DNA from: a virus
DNA length: 64,000 nt
Direction: 5' to 3' (one strand)
IMG/VR virus record: IMGVR_UViG_3300028364_001588
This document shows, piece after piece, positions 58,952-64,000 of this stretch (the first letter of the stretch is position 1; each line of letters begins with the position of its first letter). The notes beneath the pieces were generated by a model. The model saw nothing but the letters and a program-made list of their open reading frames with translations, was not told the origin of the DNA and did no database searches. Both the position numbers and the translations under genes were made by a program.

Positions 58952-59740
58952 ATGAAATCAGGAATTTACAAAATAACAAACACCATTAACAAAAAGGTCT
59001 ACGTTGGACAGTCAGAAAATTTAAACACAAGATATAGTAGGCATTTATATAGAATCAAAAGGAGTGAACATCACAACGAACACCTTCAGAGGTCTTTTGA
59101 TAAATATGGTGAGGATAATTTTATTTATGAGATTTTAGAAGAGACAGAAGATTTGTCTCTCATGGATTTAAGAGAGAAATTTTGGATTGACTATTATGGA
59201 GGAATTAATAGCGATGATACATATAATCTAAAAGACCCACTTCTCAATGAGCACAATGATTATGTTAAAAGCAAGTTAAGTAAAATTAATACTGGAGAAA
59301 ATAATCCTAACTATGGAAATAAGTGGTCAGATAAACAGAGAAAGAAAATGTCTGAGTCAAGAAAAGGAAAAAATTGGGAAGAATTATATGGGAAGAAGAA
59401 ATCTGATGAAATGAAAAAAGAGGCGGCAGAAAGAAAAAAGGGGAGCACACAGTCTGATGAGACAAAAGAGAAGATAAGGGAAGCTAATATTGGAGATAAG
59501 AATCCAGCATATGGAAAAGGTAGTAGGCAGAGAGGAAAGAAAAATCCAAATTTTGGTAAAGCATCAAGTCAAAGAAGAGGTTTATTGCAATTTAGTAAAG
59601 ATGGTATTTTAATTAAAGAATATGAATTTTTATCTCAAGTAAAAGAATGTGGGTTTCATATTGGAAATGTAGCTTCTGCAGCAAGGGGTGACTTAAAATC
59701 TTCTGGAGGATACATCTGGAAGTATAAAGATGAAAAATAA
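58952..59740 (+). CDS. GIY-YIG homing endonuclease (Seg-like) with NUMOD3/NUMOD1 motifs
   Basis: SGIYKITN..N.KVYVGQS, R...H, E..WI, YN; NPNYG repeats; GGYIWKY. Confidence 0.92.
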   Translation: MKSGIYKITNTINKKVYVGQSENLNTRYSRHLYRIKRSEHHNEHLQRSFDKYGEDNFIYEILEETEDLSLMDLREKFWIDYYGGINSDDTYNLKDPLLNEHNDYVKSKLSKINTGENNPNYGNKWSDKQRKKMSESRKGKNWEELYGKKKSDEMKKEAAERKKGSTQSDETKEKIREANIGDKNPAYGKGSRQRGKKNPNFGKASSQRRGLLQFSKDGILIKEYEFLSQVKECGFHIGNVASAARGDLKSSGGYIWKYKDEK

Positions 59741-59755
59741 AAACTATTTATGAAT

Positions 59756-59884
59756 ATGAAAAGAATAATTATATTATTATCAGTTATTGGAACTTTGATT
59801 CTTGCATCATGCGGAACAAGACAACATTGCGATGCATACGGAAGCGTTGAATATAAAACGGATTCTACAGAAATAAAATCATAA
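59756..59884 (+). CDS. Small lipoprotein (42 aa, not in ORF track)
   Basis: MKRIIILLSVIGTLILAS-C lipobox, CGTRQHCDAY; TATTTAT at 59745. Confidence 0.7.
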   Translation: MKRIIILLSVIGTLILASCGTRQHCDAYGSVEYKTDSTEIKS

Positions 59885-59969
59885 TATTTCTTGACGACCT
59901 AAACAGGGTTTATGAGAAAATAAAAAAGCCACCTAAATTAGGTGGCTTTTTTATTTGTATATTTGTAAT

Positions 59970-60344
59970 ATGATTAAGGTTATTCACAAAAAAGATAAAG
60001 ACAAATTTGACAATACAATTTACATTGGAAGAGGTTCGGTATTAGGCAATCCTTATACCAGCATACAGGGGCGTGAAACAAAAGCTGAATTCGTAGTAGA
60101 TTCAAGAAAAGAAAGTATTCAGTGTTTTAAAGATTATTTGCTAAAAAAGATAGATGAAAAAGATGAAGAAGTATGTCTCATGATGAACGAGATATACACT
60201 TTATCTAAACAAGGAGAGGTTTGTCTGGCATGTTACTGTAGGCCAAAGAAAACTTGTCACAGAGATGTGATAAAAGAAATAGTGGATTCAAAAACCTCCA
60301 TACAAATAAAAGATGGTCAACTTGGTTTATTTAATAAGGATTAA
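59970..60344 (+). CDS. DUF4326-like protein (likely start 59970)
   Basis: IYIGRGS.LGNPY, LACYC.P..CH.DVI; TATATTTG just upstream. Confidence 0.75.
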   Translation: MIKVIHKKDKDKFDNTIYIGRGSVLGNPYTSIQGRETKAEFVVDSRKESIQCFKDYLLKKIDEKDEEVCLMMNEIYTLSKQGEVCLACYCRPKKTCHRDVIKEIVDSKTSIQIKDGQLGLFNKD

Positions 60345-60690
60345 CATCCTTTGGAATCATTATGTCGATGAATCCATTTTGTGGAACAGATAGTTTGTTT
60401 CCATCAGAGTACAATAATTGAAACTCTCCTTTGAAAGTTCCGCCTTCATTGGTATCTTCAGAGCTCCAGTTATATTGAATGGTTCCACAAGAATAAGAAA
60501 CTACTTGAGCATCCTTTGCAAAAATTTTATAATCACCACATTCTCTCGTCATCGTGAAAGTGACTCCAGTAATACCAGAAAGGTTAAACGGCTCCTTTCC
60601 ACCAAGGCACCCTCTGTCAATTAAGTTAAGTTGCAGCGCAGGTAGTGTGTCGTTTCTTTTTATTATGAATTCATTCTTATTTAAAGGCAT
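60331..60690 (-). CDS. BppU-like baseplate/fibre-associated Ig-like protein
   Basis: IKRNDTLP, G.IQYNW...DT...G.F.GEF...YSDG...VP. Confidence 0.65.
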   Translation of the reverse strand: MPLNKNEFIIKRNDTLPALQLNLIDRGCLGGKEPFNLSGITGVTFTMTRECGDYKIFAKDAQVVSYSCGTIQYNWSSEDTNEGGTFKGEFQLLYSDGNKLSVPQNGFIDIMIPKDVNPY

Positions 60691-60697
60691 ATCTTAA

Positions 60698-61087
60698 TTA
60701 ATTATAGGTTCCTATTATCTCATACTCCATTGGTCTTGTGTCGCTAATTTCGTAGTCAAGTTGATTTGCAATATTGAAAGGTTTAATTCTAAATCTTGTT
60801 GTCAGTCTTTTGTCTAACGGTGCTTTTGGTGTGTATTGTACATAAAAAGCAAGGTCATAAGTTACATCAGCTGCATACAAAGTTGGGTCCAGGTCTGCAT
60901 AGAAAATTCCCAAACTCTCCTCAGTAATAGGAACGTTGGATTCTATAACAGTAGAACTCGGAGTATCACCGCTTCCAGCAAGATAAACAGAAGCGCTTAG
61001 AGTTGTAGGAGTTATTAGAGAATAGGTGTTCCCAGTACCCGCTGTGGGTACACAATAAAACCTTCTATATAATCTAAACATTCCCAT
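60698..61087 (-). CDS. Virion structural protein (likely start ~61087)
   Basis: Ig-like ES.GIFYADL..YDL pattern; downstream of the tube gene. Confidence 0.5.
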   Translation of the reverse strand: MGMFRLYRRFYCVPTAGTGNTYSLITPTTLSASVYLAGSGDTPSSTVIESNVPITEESLGIFYADLDPTLYAADVTYDLAFYVQYTPKAPLDKRLTTRFRIKPFNIANQLDYEISDTRPMEYEIIGTYN

Positions 61088-61163
61088 ATTCTCTATTAAA
61101 AACAAAAACCTTGAACGCTAAATAATAGCACCCAAGGTTTGAGTTGATATTTTACGATAAAAA

Positions 61164-61652
61164 TTATGCTGCAAGCAGACATCTGTCTGGCTGAAGAGTA
61201 ATTGTTACTGTAGATAAATCGTCAGCACCGTAATCGTAATCATCAAATGAAGCATTTGTAATCATACATCCGATTAAAGTCCACTTTTCAACTTCAACAC
61301 CTGTTGGGTCAAGAGCTTTAAGCACAAGATTCTTTTTGTATCCAATTGCATAACCCATTCTACCTGTAGCAGATTCAAAGTGTAGTCTTACCCACTCCAT
61401 GATTTTTTGAGTTGTAGAGGGCCCTATCACGTCAATGAAGGAAACCTCGATGCTTGACCACACAGAACGACCAGCAACCCAAGTTGAGGTATTCATGTAT
61501 TGGATTTCGGTTGAACCAATTTCAAGCGATGGCTTTCCAGACGTTTGTACTAAGAAGCTCTCAATACCAAGTTCAGTTGGGAATTCCAGCACGAATCTGT
61601 TCTTTCTTTTTGGTTCCTGTTCAATTGGAACAGGTCTAAACATATCAGCCAT
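61164..61652 (-). CDS. Tail tube protein (T4 gp19-like)
   Basis: EPKRKNRF, YMN...VAGR..W, WVRLH.ES.TGR.GY..GYKK, VEKWTL.G, TLQPDR. Confidence 0.9.
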   Translation of the reverse strand: MADMFRPVPIEQEPKRKNRFVLEFPTELGIESFLVQTSGKPSLEIGSTEIQYMNTSTWVAGRSVWSSIEVSFIDVIGPSTTQKIMEWVRLHFESATGRMGYAIGYKKNLVLKALDPTGVEVEKWTLIGCMITNASFDDYDYGADDLSTVTITLQPDRCLLAA

Positions 61653-61764
61653 AATTATTTATTTTATTTGTTTCTTTTATATTAATAAATAAGCAGAAAA
61701 AATTTTTTATATAAATATTTGATTTTTTTTTTCTATATTTATATAAAAACATTAACTTTGGTAT

Positions 61765-63465
61765 ATGGAAAAAAAGTGTGAAATATGTAAAAATTTTTTT
61801 GAGACTGGAAAGCATAAAGAAAAAAAAACATGCGGAAAGGATTGTCTTAAAATTTTACGTGAAAATGGAAAAGAGGAAAGGATTAAAAAATCGAGAGAAG
61901 CTATTATTAAAAAATATGGAGTAGACCACCCTTCAAAAATACCTGGCTTTGGGGATAAAGTAAAAAAAACAAAGAAAGAAAAACATGGAGATGAAACATA
62001 TAATAATAGAAAAAAGGCAAAAGAGACTATAAAAAAAGAATTTGGAGTTGAGAACTCTATGCAAATAGAAGAGTCGAAATTAAAAACAAAAAAAACTAAA
62101 AAAGAAAAGTACGGAGACGAGCATTATAATAATAGAAAAAAGGCAAAAGAGACTATAAAAAAAGAATTTGGAGTTGAGCATCATCTTCAGTTAAAAGAAA
62201 TTTTAGACAAGCAAATAAAGACAAATATAGAAAAAAACGGAGTCTCATATAATGTGCTGAGCGATAAGAGTAAGGAAAATCTAATAAAAACTAATAATAT
62301 AAAATTTGGTTCAGATTATTATTTTTCTTCTTTAGATTATTTAAAAGAAACTAAGGAAGAAAAACTTGAAAGGTTAAGGATAATTTTAGAGGAAAGAAAA
62401 TTAGAATTTAAAGAGTGCGAATGTGATAGGGTAAGATATAAAAACACTGATGGAAAAATTAATTATTTGAAATATGATATAAAATGCACTTCCTGTGGAA
62501 ACAAATTTAGTTCAAGAGTAGTTAAGAGCGCTTTAGTTTGTAGAAAATGTTATCCAATTAAAAGTGGGTCAAAAATTCAAAGAGAGATGAGTGAGTTTAT
62601 TTTTGAAATAGAATCTAATACAACAGAATGCGAAAGAAGTGTTATAAAGCCTTATGAATTAGATTTTTATATAAAAGATAAGAAATTAGCAATTGAGTTA
62701 AATGGGAATTATTATCATTCCGAGATTTCTGGAAACAAAAATAAAAAATATCACCTATCAAAGTCTGAAAAGTCAGATAGATTAGGCATTAAGTTAATTC
62801 ATGTTTTCGAAGACGAATGGCTCCTTAAACAATCTATCGTTAAATCAAGAATTAGGAATTTACTTAATTTAACAGATAGTAAAATATATGCAAGACAATG
62901 CGAAATAAAAGAAGTTTCTTTTGAAGATAAGAAAGAGTTTTTGAATTCAAATCATATTCAAGGAAATTGTGTAGATAAAATTAGAGTTGGACTTTATTTT
63001 AGAAACGAGCTCGTTTCTTTAATAACTTTTGGAAAACCAAGATTAGCACTCGGAGCTAAAAATAAAACTCAAGAAGAAGGTTTTTTCGAATTAATTAGAT
63101 TTTGTTCAATATTAGACACTAATGTTGTTGGAGGGTTTGAAAGATTACTTAAATATTTTACAAACAACTATTCTCCAAAGAAAATATTAACTTATGCTGA
63201 TTGTAGATGGTCTGGAGTAAATCCAGAAAAAACAGTCTATAATAAAGTTGGATTTGAATTTATAAGAAAAACACCTCCATCATATTATTTTGTTAAGACA
63301 AATGATTATTTAAGTAGATTGCATAGATTTTCTTTAAATAAAATTAAATTGTTAGAAACTTATAAGGGAGATAAAAATAAAACTGGATTTGAATTAGCTA
63401 TTGAAAATGGATATGATAGAATTTGGGATTGTGGCACATTGGTGTTTGAGAAAATTGTGAAATAA
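61765..63465 (+). CDS. Hef-like endonuclease (KYGVE repeats, Vsr-like nuclease, GNAT-like C-terminus)
   Basis: ELDFYI....AIELNG.YYHS, IHVFEDEW, IYARQC, NHIQG, ELIRF, YADCRWS, IWDCG; 54-bp exact repeat at 61999 and 62125. Confidence 0.8.
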   Translation: MEKKCEICKNFFETGKHKEKKTCGKDCLKILRENGKEERIKKSREAIIKKYGVDHPSKIPGFGDKVKKTKKEKHGDETYNNRKKAKETIKKEFGVENSMQIEESKLKTKKTKKEKYGDEHYNNRKKAKETIKKEFGVEHHLQLKEILDKQIKTNIEKNGVSYNVLSDKSKENLIKTNNIKFGSDYYFSSLDYLKETKEEKLERLRIILEERKLEFKECECDRVRYKNTDGKINYLKYDIKCTSCGNKFSSRVVKSALVCRKCYPIKSGSKIQREMSEFIFEIESNTTECERSVIKPYELDFYIKDKKLAIELNGNYYHSEISGNKNKKYHLSKSEKSDRLGIKLIHVFEDEWLLKQSIVKSRIRNLLNLTDSKIYARQCEIKEVSFEDKKEFLNSNHIQGNCVDKIRVGLYFRNELVSLITFGKPRLALGAKNKTQEEGFFELIRFCSILDTNVVGGFERLLKYFTNNYSPKKILTYADCRWSGVNPEKTVYNKVGFEFIRKTPPSYYFVKTNDYLSRLHRFSLNKIKLLETYKGDKNKTGFELAIENGYDRIWDCGTLVFEKIVK

Positions 63466-63560
63466 TTTTTTGATTATATAATTATTAAGCTATTTATTTA
63501 AAATGGTTAAATAACCTAGCCTCTTTAGGCGTTTTTTATTAAAGAATTATATAATTCAAC

Positions 63561-64000
63561 ATGACACAAAACAGAGATGCTCGTTTATTAACGAAAAGAA
63601 CCTCTGTACCTGGCAAGATTCCTACGGGAACCACTGGAAATGAACTAAACCTCATTCAAGCTGGAGAACTTGCATCTAATTTGGCGGACCACACCTTGTG
63701 GGGCTATGATGGTACAGGTGTTTTTGAATATGGGTCAAATTCATTTTTGGCACTTTCAGGAGGGGCAGTTATTGGTGATACAATAATTTTCGGAAATTTA
63801 AGCGCTTCTACTTTATTTTCAGGAAGCACAGATTTATACGACATTTTCTTAACAACCGCAGATGGAAATGATATTACAAGGGTTCAGCCTGGCACAAACA
63901 TTAATACAGGAGGCACGGCTAACTTCCCAATTGTAAATTTAGATGCAGACATTGTTCTCACTTCAGTTAATGCAGCAAGCATTTCTGGTGACACACTATA
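63561..64000 (+). CDS. Tail fibre-like protein, 3'-partial (not in ORF track)
   Basis: MTQNRDARLLTKRTSVPGKIP...GELASN; shares SGSTDL and TRVQPG.N..TGGTA repeats with the 57105 gene; TATTTAT at 63491. Confidence 0.75.
   Translation, partial: MTQNRDARLLTKRTSVPGKIPTGTTGNELNLIQAGELASNLADHTLWGYDGTGVFEYGSNSFLALSGGAVIGDTIIFGNLSASTLFSGSTDLYDIFLTTADGNDITRVQPGTNINTGGTANFPIVNLDADIVLTSVNAASISGDTL

Noticed and set aside
61999-62178. 54-bp exact direct repeat as a DGR template/variable pair or target-site duplication
   Set aside because: In-frame (126-nt period) protein-repeat duplication with no A-specific mismatches, and no reverse transcriptase in the window.
1-64000. tRNA, rRNA or tmRNA genes
   Set aside because: No cloverleaf with a T-loop GTTCRA and CCA end, and no rRNA or tmRNA-like sequence recognised by eye.

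Overview
AT-rich 64-kb segment of a large T4-like (myovirus, probably jumbo) phage genome, standard genetic code. The host is most likely Bacteroidota (Flavobacteriia), inferred from TAnnTTTG promoters and A-rich, SD-less start contexts. Layout: 1-5 kb baseplate/spike genes plus a PncC/CinA NMN deamidase; 5-13 kb gp55-like late sigma factor, glycosyltransferases, vWA protein, HAD protein and a T5 A1-like nuclease; 13-30 kb a minus-strand nucleotide-sugar island (Gmd, ColD, Fcl/ColC, GT11; DHQS-like cyclase, SIS isomerase, SDR, NeuA-cupin, two DUF115/Maf-like proteins; two frameshifted pseudogenes); 30-46 kb internal head proteins, PhoH, prohead protease, scaffold and major capsid; 46-48 kb an accessory island; 48-64 kb neck, tail terminator, sheath, fibres and tube. 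There are six free-standing endonuclease-like genes. Main signals not explained by gene annotation: (1) a small array of integron attC-like inverted-repeat sites with GTT/AAC cores, one holding a whole ORF in its loop (46153-46816); (2) three endonuclease genes of different families, each next to an orphaned copy of a terminus of the neighbouring gene while the intact gene carries a recoded terminus; (3) two ~200-nt multi-stem ncRNA candidates (8566-8772 on minus, 50792-50990 on plus); (4) a promoter-plus-hairpin module replacing the catalytic core of an epimerase; (5) a late-promoter motif TATTTAT, the reverse complement of the T4 motif. All family assignments come from motif recognition by eye; no searches were run.
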